Assembly: GCA_964616045.1 (NCBI GenBank)
Contig: CAZTTU010000001.1
Location: forward strand, 9,684 to 73,683
From: an uncultured Verrucomicrobiota bacterium
GTDB taxonomy: Bacteria; Verrucomicrobiota; Verrucomicrobiia; Limisphaerales; UBA1100
Direction of reading: 5' to 3'
Length of the DNA stretch: 64,000 nucleotides
Shown here: in pieces, positions 50,401 to 61,305 of the stretch
Position numbering within the stretch: the stretch's first letter is position 1
How the letters are laid out: every line of letters begins with the position of its first letter
The notes under the pieces: model-generated
What the model saw: only the letters and a program-made list of their open reading frames with translations
What the model was told of the DNA's origin: nothing
Databases searched by the model: none
Position numbers and translations under genes: made by a program

Positions 50401-51570
50401 ATGAACTATGAAATTTCAAAACGCGCCGCCTCGCTTGCCCCTTCCTTGACTTTGGCAATTACAGCCAAGGCTAAGGAATTGCGCGCCGCCGGCGAAGACG
50501 TGATTGGCCTTGGCGCGGGCGAACCCGATTTCGACACGCCTGAGCACATTAAGGAGGCAGCAACCCAAGCGCTGGCAGATGGTTTTACCAAGTACACGCC
50601 AGCATCAGGCACGCCCGAGCTGCGGGCGGCTGCTGCAAGCAAATTCGAACGTGAAAATGGCCTGCAGTATGACCCGCAGCAGATAATCGTATCCTGCGGA
50701 GGTAAACATTCCTGTTACAATGTCATGCTCGCCTGCTGCCAAAGGGGCGATGAGGTCATTATCCCAGCACCTTACTGGCTCAGCTACCCAGAAATGGTCA
50801 CACTTGCCGAAGCCACGCCAATCATTTTGGAGACCACAGACGCCACAGAATTCAAAGTAACACCTGATCAGCTGCGGGATGCAATTACCGATCGAACCCG
50901 AATTTTCATCCTAAATTCCCCCAGCAACCCAACCGGATCTATATATACACCGGAAGAAACCCGGGCACTGGGGGATGTGTGCGTGGAGAAGGGAATACTC
51001 ATCATGAGTGATGAAATTTATGAAAAGCTGATTTACGGTGATGCAAAATTCCAGAGTGTTGCTGCCTGCTCGCCAGAGCATCAGGCTCACACAATTATTG
51101 TACATGGCTTAGCTAAGGCCTATTCAATGACGGGTTGGCGCATTGGATTCACTGCGGCGCCACTTCCGATAGCCAAAGCAATCGGCGCCATCCAAAGTCA
51201 CAGTACCAGCAACCCAACCTCATTTGCCCAAGTTGGCGCAGTGCAAGCTCTAGAAGGACCACAAGATCATTTGGAGATGTGGCTTAGTGAATTCAAAAAG
51301 CGGCGCTCAGTTGCGTTTGAGCAATTGAACGCGATCGACGGGATCAGCTGCGTAAACTCGAAGGGCGCATTTTACCTGTTCCCTAACATTTCAAATACAG
51401 GCATGAAATCAGCAGAATTTTGCGAGCGATTACTGGCTGAAGCCAAGGTTGCAGCCGTACCTGGAATCGCTTTTGGGTCAGATGACTACATTCGGATTAG
51501 TTATGCAACGAGTATGGACAATATTGAAAAAGCCTTAGCTCGCTTGGCACAATTTGTGGGCGCTCTCTAA
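50401..51570 (+). CDS. Aspartate aminotransferase (class I PLP aminotransferase)
   Basis: GEPDFDTP, NSPSNPTG and LAKAYSMTGWRIG (PLP Lys) motifs. ATG 50401 is preferred over TTG 50380. Confidence 0.9.
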   Translation: MNYEISKRAASLAPSLTLAITAKAKELRAAGEDVIGLGAGEPDFDTPEHIKEAATQALADGFTKYTPASGTPELRAAAASKFERENGLQYDPQQIIVSCGGKHSCYNVMLACCQRGDEVIIPAPYWLSYPEMVTLAEATPIILETTDATEFKVTPDQLRDAITDRTRIFILNSPSNPTGSIYTPEETRALGDVCVEKGILIMSDEIYEKLIYGDAKFQSVAACSPEHQAHTIIVHGLAKAYSMTGWRIGFTAAPLPIAKAIGAIQSHSTSNPTSFAQVGAVQALEGPQDHLEMWLSEFKKRRSVAFEQLNAIDGISCVNSKGAFYLFPNISNTGMKSAEFCERLLAEAKVAAVPGIAFGSDDYIRISYATSMDNIEKALARLAQFVGAL

Positions 51571-51572
51571 GG

Positions 51573-52610
51573 CTATTGAACCATCTCGTCAATTGGCCAT
51601 GGGGACTTAATGTCATCATCCAGGTCGGATGGTGCGCCCCCCTCATTCACTATTTTTTCCGCCAACAAGCCGATCATCGCAGCGTTGTCGGTGCAGATGG
51701 AGGGTGAAGCCAAATGGAGGATTATTCCATTCTTATCGCATGTTGCTTGAAGAGATGCACGAAGCGCTCCATTACATGTAACGCCACCAGATGCGGTAAT
51801 GCAATTTAAGCGTTCACGTTTTGCTGCCCGGACTGTTTTCTTGACTAGCACTTCTACGATGGCCGATTGAATGCTGGCGCAAAGATCTGAAATTCTCGAG
51901 TTATCTGAATTAATATCAGGATTTTTTTGAAGGAAATAGCGAACCGAGGTTTTTAAGCCACTGAAACTTAAATCGTCGTTGATTTTGTTCAGCATTGGTC
52001 GGGCGAAATCAAACGCCTTGGGATCGCCTGCCTTCGATAGTCTATCTATTTCCGGACCACCAGGATACTCAAGCCCCAGAAGCTTAGCTGTTTTATCAAA
52101 ACACTCACCTGCTGCATCATCTTGGGTGGTTCCCAAAGTTTCGTGATTCAGCGGTGCAGTAACTTTGGCGATAATAGTGTGACCACCGCTGGCAATAAGC
52201 GAAATATTTGGTTCAAATTTATCCCAGTGAGATTCCGGCGGCTCACCGGCAAACCAAGGCGAATAAAGGTGTGCCTGAATATGATTCACACTTATCAAGG
52301 GGCAATTGAGCGAATAGGCAATAGCTTGCGCTGCCCTCCAGCCAACCATCAATGCGGGAGGTAAGCCGGGGCCACGCGTGGCAGCAACTACATCGAGCTG
52401 TTCGGGGCTTGTGTCCGATTCCCTCAAGGCACGCTCGACGGCGGGCTGTAAGTTTTTCAGATGCTCGCGGATTGCCAATTCCGGCACGACGCCTCCATAT
52501 TCAGCATGGATTTCGATCTGTGATGAAACAACCACAGATTGAATCTGACCATTTATAGTAACGGCTGCGCTTGTTTCGTCACAGGAAGTTTCAATGGCTA
52601 GCAGCCGCAT
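51573..52610 (-). CDS. tsaD: tRNA N6-adenosine threonylcarbamoyltransferase
   Basis: MRLLAIETSCDETSAAV and the HIQAHLYS-type His pair. Kae1/Gcp family length. Confidence 0.95.
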   Translation of the reverse strand: MRLLAIETSCDETSAAVTINGQIQSVVVSSQIEIHAEYGGVVPELAIREHLKNLQPAVERALRESDTSPEQLDVVAATRGPGLPPALMVGWRAAQAIAYSLNCPLISVNHIQAHLYSPWFAGEPPESHWDKFEPNISLIASGGHTIIAKVTAPLNHETLGTTQDDAAGECFDKTAKLLGLEYPGGPEIDRLSKAGDPKAFDFARPMLNKINDDLSFSGLKTSVRYFLQKNPDINSDNSRISDLCASIQSAIVEVLVKKTVRAAKRERLNCITASGGVTCNGALRASLQATCDKNGIILHLASPSICTDNAAMIGLLAEKIVNEGGAPSDLDDDIKSPWPIDEMVQ

Positions 52611-52616
52611 GGTCCG

Positions 52617-53882
52617 TTATTTTTTCCGCAGCTTTGCTCGCAATAACTCAAGGCCTTTTTCGAGTTGCAAATCCTTGGCACCCTTTATGCGAATTCTATC
52701 TTCCTCACTGAGATCATCTAGGCCGAGGGGTGAGCGTTGCCGCATGATGTCGCTTATTTGCTCGGGGGTCATATCAACCATATAATCAGGTTCAATTCCT
52801 TTTCCATGAATAGTACGATGGCTGGGTGTGAAATATTTGGCGGTGGTGAGGCGAATGGCTGAGCCGTCACGCTGAGGTAGGATACTCTGCACAGAGCCCT
52901 TGCCATAGGTCTTTGTGCCCACCAAATCAGCCCGTTTTAAATCTTGCAAGCAACCGCCAACGATCTCGGAGGCACTAGCACTGCCGCCGTTGACCAAAAT
53001 CACCATTGGCAACAAAAATTGCTTATTGGATTCAGCAAACAGTTTCTCTTGCACAACAGCATTACGTCCCTCAGTGGAAACTACCAGCTGATCTTTTTCG
53101 ATAAACATTTCCGTAACACGCACTGATTGCGCGAGAAGCCCCCCCGGATTGTCACGCAAATCCATGACCAGTGCTTTCATTCCGGATTTTTTCATGTGAG
53201 CCAGCGCATTTTTTAATTCAATAGCAGTTTTTTCGGTAAAACCTGTGAGGCGAACGTATCCCATCTGATCCTCTAACAGATCGAAATCTCCGTTCCCAAA
53301 AAGATCACGCACGCTCTTGGTCTCAATGATCTCGCGTGTGAGCTTGATTTTTTTTTCAGTATCCTTATCTCTTTGTATTGTAATAGTAACCTCTGTGCCC
53401 GGCTTCCCGCGCAGCACATCAACAGCATCTTGAGTTGTGAAATCCTTGGTGGTTCTATCGCCGATCCTGATAATTCGATCTCCGGTTAGCAAACCCGCCC
53501 TAGCACTGGGGCCGCCTTCCAAGGGCTTTACCACCGTGAGCCATTTATTGTTTATGCTGATCAACACGCCAATCCCACCGAATTGTTGCTTCGCGTCATT
53601 TTTTAACGCATCGTGCTTTTTTGCCGTCAAATATGAGCTATGCGGATCAAGGTGGGCAACCATGCCCTGCAGTGCTCCCTCAACAAGATCATCATAGCCC
53701 ACCTTCCCTTCATCCACATAATGACGCCTGACCTCCTCGAGAACACGTACAAATTTACCCAACTGGCCAGACATATCCTGTCGACCGCCGGCCTCTGCAC
53801 TATTGAGATAATTTCGAGCCCCAACGTATAGGTTAAGCACGAGCACTGAAATCAACACGGTGTTAGTAATACGTTGCTTCAT
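52617..53882 (-). CDS. S41 C-terminal processing peptidase with PDZ domain
   Basis: PDZ GLLTGDRIIRIG, catalytic GGSASASE and YGKGSVQ. ATG 53882 gives the TM/signal segment MKQRITNTVLISVLVLNLYVG. Confidence 0.9.
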   Translation of the reverse strand: MKQRITNTVLISVLVLNLYVGARNYLNSAEAGGRQDMSGQLGKFVRVLEEVRRHYVDEGKVGYDDLVEGALQGMVAHLDPHSSYLTAKKHDALKNDAKQQFGGIGVLISINNKWLTVVKPLEGGPSARAGLLTGDRIIRIGDRTTKDFTTQDAVDVLRGKPGTEVTITIQRDKDTEKKIKLTREIIETKSVRDLFGNGDFDLLEDQMGYVRLTGFTEKTAIELKNALAHMKKSGMKALVMDLRDNPGGLLAQSVRVTEMFIEKDQLVVSTEGRNAVVQEKLFAESNKQFLLPMVILVNGGSASASEIVGGCLQDLKRADLVGTKTYGKGSVQSILPQRDGSAIRLTTAKYFTPSHRTIHGKGIEPDYMVDMTPEQISDIMRQRSPLGLDDLSEEDRIRIKGAKDLQLEKGLELLRAKLRKK

Positions 53883-53935
53883 AGAATAAAATGTTCGCGG
53901 AGGTGCCAACAAATGGCAAGTGAGGTTTATTATGG

Positions 53936-54613
53936 TTATTGACGGAGCAATAATTCCACTAATACCAAATCTTCGGGCGTAGTCACCTTGGGGTTTTGGT
54001 CTGAACTAGGAACAAGAACCACAGGTTGCCCAATCAATTCACAGGCTCCCGTGTCATCAGTAACCGTGACCCCTTGCCGCCGCACGGCCGCTAATGCCTT
54101 TCTAATAATATTCAAATCAAAAACTTGTGGCGTTTGCACAGCCCAAAGGCTCGTGCGGTCAACATTCCGGCTAATATAGCTGCGGGAGTCTGCAATCTTA
54201 ATAGTGTCGGTGACTTTGCTGGAGGCGACTGCTGCACCTGACTCCTTGGCAGCAATAATTGTTTTGGAAATTAATGATGAACTTGTGCATGGGCGTGCAC
54301 CGTCCTGAATGGACACCATCTTGCAACTTGAAGAAACAGAGGCAATGCCGTTGGCAACTGAATCCTGCCTTTCTGAACCGCCATGAGTCAATGAATATGG
54401 TTTTTTGAGATCAAGATTCCTGGCAAGTTCTTCAAATTTTTCCCGACCATCATCTCGAATGACTATAACGGTCTCGTCGATATCCGGATGTCGATCAAAT
54501 CTTTTCCAGGTGTGACCCACAACAGGCATTCCCGCCACCTCCAGAAACATTTTATCTTGCTCGGTTTCCATTCGGGACCCACGACCGGCGGCGACTATAA
54601 CTGCGGAAGCCAT
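53936..54613 (-). CDS. ispD: 2-C-methyl-D-erythritol 4-phosphate cytidylyltransferase
   Basis: AVIVAAGRGSRM N-terminal motif. Family length 225 aa. Confidence 0.92.
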   Translation of the reverse strand: MASAVIVAAGRGSRMETEQDKMFLEVAGMPVVGHTWKRFDRHPDIDETVIVIRDDGREKFEELARNLDLKKPYSLTHGGSERQDSVANGIASVSSSCKMVSIQDGARPCTSSSLISKTIIAAKESGAAVASSKVTDTIKIADSRSYISRNVDRTSLWAVQTPQVFDLNIIRKALAAVRRQGVTVTDDTGACELIGQPVVLVPSSDQNPKVTTPEDLVLVELLLRQ

Positions 54614-54625
54614 TCAAAACTTTAG

Positions 54626-56344
54626 TCAAAGGGCAGGACGCCAGTCGAGAATCTTTAACTGCATCGAATAACGCCCGCGCCAGGAGTTAATAGTGGGCTG
54701 CGCCGCAATATCAAATCTCCTTCCAGGAAGATCAATCCCAGCAGCGTTCCAATAAACAGCTTCAGCAGAAACTTTCCCATCGGTAACATTCAGCTTGGCA
54801 TGTTGTTTTTCTTTCCCCATCCAACGAATCGGCGCGGCCAATTCCAGCTGGGGAACAACGACTTGCACGGGGCTGACGCCTTGACCTGTCGGCTGCAATT
54901 GATCCAAGGACTTAACTGTCTGGAGATTCAACTCACTTAAGGGGATTTGAGCATCAAGAATTAATGTTGGCATCAAGTCACAACTGCTCAATTGTGATCG
55001 GGCTATCTCATTAATTTGCTTCCTGAAGGCATTGATGTTTTGGGGCTGAATACTCAAGCCGGCTGCCATTGCATGCCCGCCATGCCGATCAAGATGTCTG
55101 TCACATTCACGCAATGCGGCAGCGAGATCAAAACCCTCCACGCTACGCCCTGACCCCCTCATGCCACTAGGCCCACCGCCCAGAATTATTGTTGGCCGAT
55201 AAAACTTTTTTTGCACGCGGGATGCCACAATACCCACTACGCCAATATGCCAATCTGGATCCCCTTGCACAATGGCAAAATCATTCTCCCTGTTAAAGCT
55301 ACTCTGGAGCAAATCAGTAACTTGAAGTGTAATTGCCCTTTCTGTTTTTTGACGTTCTCGATTTCCAAGATCCAACTTCCCCGCCATTTCCTCAGCCACC
55401 TGGGGATCCTTTTCGCGCAATAAATCCATCGCCATGGTGGCACATTTCAATCGACCCGCGGCGTTGAGTCTTGGGGCCAGTTGAAAACCGACTTCAAAAC
55501 CACCAATGGCGCCACTAATACCTGCTGCATTTACTAGTGCCGCAATGCCTATTCGAGTTGTATTATTGAGTTGCTTGAGGCCGTTCACGGCGAGGATCCG
55601 GTTTTCTCGTACCAGTGGAACGAGGTCAGCAATTGTGCCTAAGGCAACAAGATCAAGAACTCTACGGATGTCAAAGGCGTCGAAGCCTGAAAGTTTCGCT
55701 TGACGGCCCGCCTTCAGTAATCCATGTACAAGTTTGAACGCGAGGCCCGCCGAACAAAGCTCGCGATAGTCCGGCTCATCATCTGCTGCAAGCTGGGGAT
55801 TCACAATCGCATAAGCTGGAGGAGGGGGTTCTGACACTTGGTGATGATCAAGAACTATGACATCAATCCCTCGGCCCTGAAGACTCCGTACAATCTCAAA
55901 CGATGTTGAGCCACAATCAGTTGCCAGCAAAATATCCGGCTGATGTTCGCGAAGACAATTATCCACGCCCTCAGCAGTGAGGCCATATCCTTCGTCCATG
56001 CGATTTGGCAGGTAACCGGCCATATTCCAACCAAGCGACCCAAGGCAATCGAGCAGCAATGTGGTTGATGTGACACCGTCAACATCATAATCTCCGAAAA
56101 CAACAACTTGCTCATTTCTTTTGCGCGCCATGAGCAGTCGACTAACTGCAGCCCCTAGATTAGGGATTGCTTCGGGTGGTCCAAGATTTGCCAATTTGGG
56201 CTTTAAGAAGTCTTGGGCAATCTCCGGGTCGGCTAATTTACGATTCACAAGACAGCAAGCAAGCAGTGGCGTCACATCAGTATGATCAGCAAGTTTCTCA
56301 ACGGCAACGGGATTAGGTTCATGCATTTCCCAGTTGTGTTTCAT
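54626..56344 (-). CDS. recJ: Single-stranded-DNA-specific exonuclease RecJ
   Basis: DHH motifs (VFGDYDVDG, LATDCG, VLDHHQ) and the DHHA1 region GGHAMAAG. Confidence 0.95.
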   Translation of the reverse strand: MKHNWEMHEPNPVAVEKLADHTDVTPLLACCLVNRKLADPEIAQDFLKPKLANLGPPEAIPNLGAAVSRLLMARKRNEQVVVFGDYDVDGVTSTTLLLDCLGSLGWNMAGYLPNRMDEGYGLTAEGVDNCLREHQPDILLATDCGSTSFEIVRSLQGRGIDVIVLDHHQVSEPPPPAYAIVNPQLAADDEPDYRELCSAGLAFKLVHGLLKAGRQAKLSGFDAFDIRRVLDLVALGTIADLVPLVRENRILAVNGLKQLNNTTRIGIAALVNAAGISGAIGGFEVGFQLAPRLNAAGRLKCATMAMDLLREKDPQVAEEMAGKLDLGNRERQKTERAITLQVTDLLQSSFNRENDFAIVQGDPDWHIGVVGIVASRVQKKFYRPTIILGGGPSGMRGSGRSVEGFDLAAALRECDRHLDRHGGHAMAAGLSIQPQNINAFRKQINEIARSQLSSCDLMPTLILDAQIPLSELNLQTVKSLDQLQPTGQGVSPVQVVVPQLELAAPIRWMGKEKQHAKLNVTDGKVSAEAVYWNAAGIDLPGRRFDIAAQPTINSWRGRYSMQLKILDWRPAL

Positions 56345-56347
56345 GGG

Positions 56348-57010
56348 TTAAATATTGCTTGCAATGAATTCAAAGGATTCAAGGGTTAACCACCACATCC
56401 ATTTCCAACAAAGGCAAAAATAGATAACTGTGATCAAAACCGAGGCATAGCCCCAAAGCACCAGAACCCCATCGCCCTCGGCTTGTGCACCGGCGAGAAA
56501 CACGATGGCCCAAGCTGGAAATGTGTTTGTGCCGGGAAAGGGAATGGGCAGAGCCATGAGTAGGCCCATCAATAAAATGAGCAGGCCGTTGATATGTGGA
56601 TTGACCAACCCGGGAAGGCTGTTTTTGCCGTGACTGGAAAATCGGTCAATACGGTTCAATATTTTAACGCCCCCGTTAATAATTTTCTCAAAAGTGGTCG
56701 GTGCGAATTTGCGGTCGCCAATATATTTGGGCAATCTCCCGGGCCGATCAATTATTTGGCGGAAAGCCAAGATGATGATCGCCAAACCAAAAGGCGCGCT
56801 GATGCCGGGCAAAATAGGAAGGCAAAACGGCAGGGCTAACACGATGATAACAAGATCCACCCCGTATTCGCCAGCGGCTGCGAGCAATTCGTTGAGCGTG
56901 TGCGGTTTCTTATCGGTCCCGCGCACCATATTGCTCAAGGTATCTGAGAGAGGGGTGTGCATGATAAAGGGCCGGCCGATGTTGCTATGTTCGCGACCCT
57001 TCCGGGCCAT
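56348..57010 (-). CDS. ExoD-family (exopolysaccharide synthesis) membrane protein
   Basis: Polytopic, with LIIVLALPFCLPILPG.. as recalled for the ExoD family. Assignment is from memory of the family pattern. Confidence 0.55.
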   Translation of the reverse strand: MARKGREHSNIGRPFIMHTPLSDTLSNMVRGTDKKPHTLNELLAAAGEYGVDLVIIVLALPFCLPILPGISAPFGLAIIILAFRQIIDRPGRLPKYIGDRKFAPTTFEKIINGGVKILNRIDRFSSHGKNSLPGLVNPHINGLLILLMGLLMALPIPFPGTNTFPAWAIVFLAGAQAEGDGVLVLWGYASVLITVIYFCLCWKWMWWLTLESFEFIASNI

Positions 57011-57132
57011 CCGTGATCAACCAATTGGCAGGAGTTAATTCCCCCAAGTCTGGAGATTACCTCCCAAGGTCTCAGATTTCCGAGATATTTCGACGAAAAG
57101 CCTAAGGTGGGCATCTGATATTGCTGTGTCTT

Positions 57133-58134
57133 TCATTCCGAACCACCCTTAGCTTGCCGAACGCTTCGAATAATTGATGCAATAATGGAAACAAATAATA
57201 TCGCGAGAACCACAATGAGCGGCCCCCATGTTGGCATTTCCCCACCCCATGCACTCTCTAACCAATGTGCCGTGAGCATTTTGACTCCAATAAATGCTAA
57301 CACCAGCGCAAGCCCATACTTGAGGTAATGGAATAATTCTATCGCACTGGCGAGAACAAAATACAGCGACCGAAGCCCTAGTATTGCGAACATATTAGAG
57401 GTGAAAACGATAAAAGGATCTTGTGTTATAGCAAAAATAGCCGGGATCGAATCAACGGCGAAAACAACGTCTGTTGATTCAACTGTCACAAGCACAATGG
57501 CCATTGGGGTTAACAGTTTTTTTCCATCGACAATTGTCGTAAAACGGCCTTCAACAAATTGATCGTGCACAGGGAAAAATTTCCGGGCGAATTTTACCAA
57601 AGGATTTCTTTCTGGTTCAAGGCCATCCTCATCATTGGTAAGGAGCATTTTTAAGCCGGTTAACAGGAGAAACGCGCCAAAGAAATACAGAATCCATTCA
57701 AAGTGATACACTGCAGCCGCCCCAACGCCAATCATGAGCCCACGCATAACAAGCGCACCGATAATGCCCCAGAAAAGAACTCGATGCTGATATTTTGGTT
57801 TTACCTTGAAGTACGTAAAAATGAGCGCAATTACGAACACGTTATCCATCGACAACGATAATTCCAGGATATATCCGGTAATGAATTCAATTCGCTTAAC
57901 ATCCCGAATTTCAGGATCATAAATCCCTGGAATAGTGAAAAAAGCAAAAGCCAATGAGAGGGAAAACCATAGCGCGCTCCAGCAAAGAGCCTCTTTGAAC
58001 GAGATTTTTTGCGGCTTACGATTAAAGATGCCGAGGTCCAGCGCTAGCGCAAAAAGCACCCCAAGAACAAAAACCCCGAAATACCAAGGGCTCACATCCG
58101 GTGATAACTCAAGGCCGTGAGCAAAACAGCTCAT
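57133..58134 (-). CDS. terC: TerC/Alx family integral membrane protein
   Basis: Multi-TM, with E.SLS.DN (LELSLSMDNVFV) and the duplicated TDVVFAVDSIPA motif. Confidence 0.88.
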   Translation of the reverse strand: MSCFAHGLELSPDVSPWYFGVFVLGVLFALALDLGIFNRKPQKISFKEALCWSALWFSLSLAFAFFTIPGIYDPEIRDVKRIEFITGYILELSLSMDNVFVIALIFTYFKVKPKYQHRVLFWGIIGALVMRGLMIGVGAAAVYHFEWILYFFGAFLLLTGLKMLLTNDEDGLEPERNPLVKFARKFFPVHDQFVEGRFTTIVDGKKLLTPMAIVLVTVESTDVVFAVDSIPAIFAITQDPFIVFTSNMFAILGLRSLYFVLASAIELFHYLKYGLALVLAFIGVKMLTAHWLESAWGGEMPTWGPLIVVLAILFVSIIASIIRSVRQAKGGSE

Positions 58135-58140
58135 TTACAT

Positions 58141-60903
58141 TTACGTTGTTATCGCTGCCCCAACAGGCTCAGTGTCAACCGCAGGGGCTGCCAATTCAGG
58201 TCGCTTGCCCCTGTGCCACCAAAGCACAATAGCACAGGCAATATAAATGGAAGAATATGTCCCCGTGATTACGCCCACAAGGAATGTGAAGGCGAAATCA
58301 TTAATCACTGTTCCGCCAAAGAAATATAAAGTGGCAGTTGATAGCAAAGTGGTGCCAGAGGTGATAATGGTACGACTTAAGGTTTGGTTTAGTGACGTAT
58401 TCATCACATCGGCGAACGAGCCGCGTGTACCCATACGGAGATTTTCCCTTATGCGATCAAAAATCACGATAGTGTCATTGATGGAGAACCCAATGATTGT
58501 CAGGGCCGCCGCCACAATCGGCGCGTTGAGCTCTCGACCGCTAAGAAAGAATAGACCTCCGGTCATTAGCACATCATGTAAAATTGCAATTACCGCCCCG
58601 AAAGCAAATGAATATTCATAGCGAAAAGCCACATATATCAAGATTCCAAAAAGAGCCAACATCACAGCGATAAGGGCTGACTTCTGGATTTCCCCACTGA
58701 TGCTGGGCCCAACCATTTCCAGCTTTTTTTGCACCGGTGAGGCGTCGCTATAGAGACGCTTAACATGCTCCTTAACTTTGCCGGCATTGTCCGCGCCATT
58801 AGCACCTAGTGGAAAATCAATCCGAAGCTTCTGCGCCCGTGTGGATAGATCTGTCTGCAATTGAGGCTGAATTTGTGCGCCATCAATTCCCGTTGCCAAA
58901 GATAGCTTTTCGCGGAAAGACCCTGATTCTATATCACTGTTTATATTACTGGACGAACTGGCATTAAAATCCAGAAGCATACTATAGCCGCCAGCAAAAT
59001 CTACGCCCAGCATCTTATCGGAACCCTTCAGGAGGCCGGCACCAAAGCCCACAATGATGAGCCCCCAAGAGGCAATGAACGCCGGCAGCGCGTATTTAAG
59101 AAAATTGATTTTCGAGAGATTCACACTAGGTCGCAGATGCATGAGTCGCTTGGATTTTTCACCACCAATGACCCCCGCCTTTAGCAGCATGTCCATTACC
59201 AACCGGGTAACAACGAGCGCGGTAAACATACTTACTAAAATACCAATCGTTAGTGTCACGCCAAACCCCTTTACCGGCCCCTTACCCATATAAATCAGGA
59301 TAATTGAGGCGATCATTGTGGTGATATTTGCATCAAAAATAGTTCCAAAAGCCTTGTCATAACCAGAAGCAATCGCTCCCCTGAGGGATTTGCCCACATT
59401 CAGCTCTTCGCGAATCCGCTCATATATCAGCACGTTCGCATCAACCGCCATGCCTATGGTAAGCACAATGCCGGCAATTCCGGGAAGTGTGAGGGTTGCA
59501 TCAAACCAACACATAACTCCCAGGAGAAGCACAATGTTCAGGGCTAGCGCGATATTTGCTACCACGCCGGTTAACAGATAATAGATCAGCATGAATATTG
59601 CCACGGCCACAAGGCCCCAGATCGCTGCCCTGTAACCTTTGACAACGGAATCCCGACCAAGCGAGGGGTCCACTTCGCGTTCTTCGAGAATTTGCAGCGG
59701 ATTCTCCATTGGGTTATTCAGGGAAGCAGCTATTTCATGGGATTCCTTCATGCTGTCTATCCCCGTGATCTGCCCCCGTGCATGTATCCGACCATTGATG
59801 GAGGGTGCGCAGATTAGCTTCTTCATTTTCTCACCATCTGCATTAACATCAACCCGGACCACAGCAAGGAGGCGAGCGTCTTGTTCGCCTACCTTGTGTC
59901 TGTCAGTAATTTTCGCAAATTTATTGGCACCTATGGCGTCCAGGGTGAAATGTATTTCAGGCTTATTGGACACGGGATTCCGTCTAACTGTCGCCGATTT
60001 GACATGCTTGCCACTCAGTGCAGTTTTGGCCTCAATGAAATAAGGCGTAGTGAATATTTGGCCATTCTTATCCTCCGTCTTGTCGATCATTCGCTCCGCG
60101 CCCGGGATAAACCTGTCACTTCTGTCTGGAGATTTATTTTCAGGATGAGAAAGCCGAAACTCTACTGTGCAAATATTGGTAATACTGTTTCGTATTGCGT
60201 CCCGCTCCTCTTGTGACAAAGCCGGAATTTGTATGATTATTGAATCACTCCCTAGGGCTTGAATCAGAGGCTCCTTTACCCCCTTCACATCAATACGCTC
60301 TCTAATAACCTCAATGGCTTGATTGAGCTCCTCTTTGGTAATCGCCTTACTACTTGCCCCCTCCTTTGGCTTAAGCTGAGCCGCAAACGCAATGCCCCCA
60401 CTGAGATCAAGACCTAGCTGGATTTTCCCACTGGCTTCGGCCTCGATCTTCTTCAGAATCGTGCGGTTAATTATCTCGATTGTATCAGTTGAAGGCGTTT
60501 CAGAATCCCAAGCTTCTGGGCTAAGACCCAATTCTCTTAACGCCGCAATTTTTAATTTTTCAGCACGTTTCTTTTGGTCCTCATCTCCATCTTTGCCGTC
60601 CTGCCCACCGATTAAATGAGGGAAAATCGTAAGTAGAAAACTCTCGGCCATAACCTCCCTCAAGTCCATGGTCTCGCCAATTGCTTTTGACCAAGCCTTT
60701 AGGGAAAGGCTCTCATTAGGCCCCAAGCCTGCCTTTGCCTGGTCTAACCGCTGGAAAAGCGCAACTGTGTCAGCTTTAGAATTTGTCCGCGCCTTGAAGG
60801 CCTCGACTAGGTCTTGGCCTTGCGGGGGATACCATTGGAAAAAAAATACGACGCCAACGACGCCCACTAAAATCAGTCGACCGAAAATAGGTTTCTTCTC
60901 CAT
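58141..60903 (-). CDS. secDF: Protein translocase subunit SecDF (fused)
   Basis: 920 aa. It has a SecD periplasmic head, two 6-TM RND-like blocks and conserved motifs GMAVDANVLIYERIREE and GFSINDTIVIFDRIRE. Confidence 0.95.
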   Translation of the reverse strand: MEKKPIFGRLILVGVVGVVFFFQWYPPQGQDLVEAFKARTNSKADTVALFQRLDQAKAGLGPNESLSLKAWSKAIGETMDLREVMAESFLLTIFPHLIGGQDGKDGDEDQKKRAEKLKIAALRELGLSPEAWDSETPSTDTIEIINRTILKKIEAEASGKIQLGLDLSGGIAFAAQLKPKEGASSKAITKEELNQAIEVIRERIDVKGVKEPLIQALGSDSIIIQIPALSQEERDAIRNSITNICTVEFRLSHPENKSPDRSDRFIPGAERMIDKTEDKNGQIFTTPYFIEAKTALSGKHVKSATVRRNPVSNKPEIHFTLDAIGANKFAKITDRHKVGEQDARLLAVVRVDVNADGEKMKKLICAPSINGRIHARGQITGIDSMKESHEIAASLNNPMENPLQILEEREVDPSLGRDSVVKGYRAAIWGLVAVAIFMLIYYLLTGVVANIALALNIVLLLGVMCWFDATLTLPGIAGIVLTIGMAVDANVLIYERIREELNVGKSLRGAIASGYDKAFGTIFDANITTMIASIILIYMGKGPVKGFGVTLTIGILVSMFTALVVTRLVMDMLLKAGVIGGEKSKRLMHLRPSVNLSKINFLKYALPAFIASWGLIIVGFGAGLLKGSDKMLGVDFAGGYSMLLDFNASSSSNINSDIESGSFREKLSLATGIDGAQIQPQLQTDLSTRAQKLRIDFPLGANGADNAGKVKEHVKRLYSDASPVQKKLEMVGPSISGEIQKSALIAVMLALFGILIYVAFRYEYSFAFGAVIAILHDVLMTGGLFFLSGRELNAPIVAAALTIIGFSINDTIVIFDRIRENLRMGTRGSFADVMNTSLNQTLSRTIITSGTTLLSTATLYFFGGTVINDFAFTFLVGVITGTYSSIYIACAIVLWWHRGKRPELAAPAVDTEPVGAAITT

Positions 60904-60918
60904 CTATTGATCTTTGAC

Positions 60919-61251
60919 CTACTTCTTTTCGGCTGAATCGTCGTCATCAGTAATGACACGCTCGATGGAGCTCCGGGCTAATTCCACTTTCGAATCGGCT
61001 GATTTTAAAATGATACTATCTTTTTTGACATTAGTAATAGTCCCGACCATGCCGGCAGCAACTACTCGTTGGCCGTTTTTGATTTCCTCCACCAACTTAG
61101 CGTGCTCCTTTTGCTGCTTTTGCTGCGGTCGAATGAGTAATGCGTAAAAAATACCCAAAAAAGCTAGAGGCATAAGGCAGGTGAGGAGCGAAGGGCCGCC
61201 TCCCTTTTTGGAAGCTACCGCAAAAAACATATCTGAAACTAGGTTGTCCAT
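60919..61251 (-). CDS. yajC: Preprotein translocase subunit YajC
   Basis: LLIRPQQKQQKEH...GQRVVAAGMVGTITNV motif. ATG 61251 is preferred over TTG 61266. Confidence 0.88.
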   Translation of the reverse strand: MDNLVSDMFFAVASKKGGGPSLLTCLMPLAFLGIFYALLIRPQQKQQKEHAKLVEEIKNGQRVVAAGMVGTITNVKKDSIILKSADSKVELARSSIERVITDDDDSAEKK

Positions 61252-61305
61252 AAGCAAAAAAATCAAAGACGGAAAATCCTATTGAGAAAGTTCCCTTTTG
61301 CAAGC

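Noticed and set aside
58135-58140. yybP-ykoY (manganese) riboswitch expected upstream of a TerC/Alx gene
   Set aside because: Only 6 nt separate the secDF stop from the terC start, so there is no room for a leader RNA. terC appears co-transcribed with secDF.
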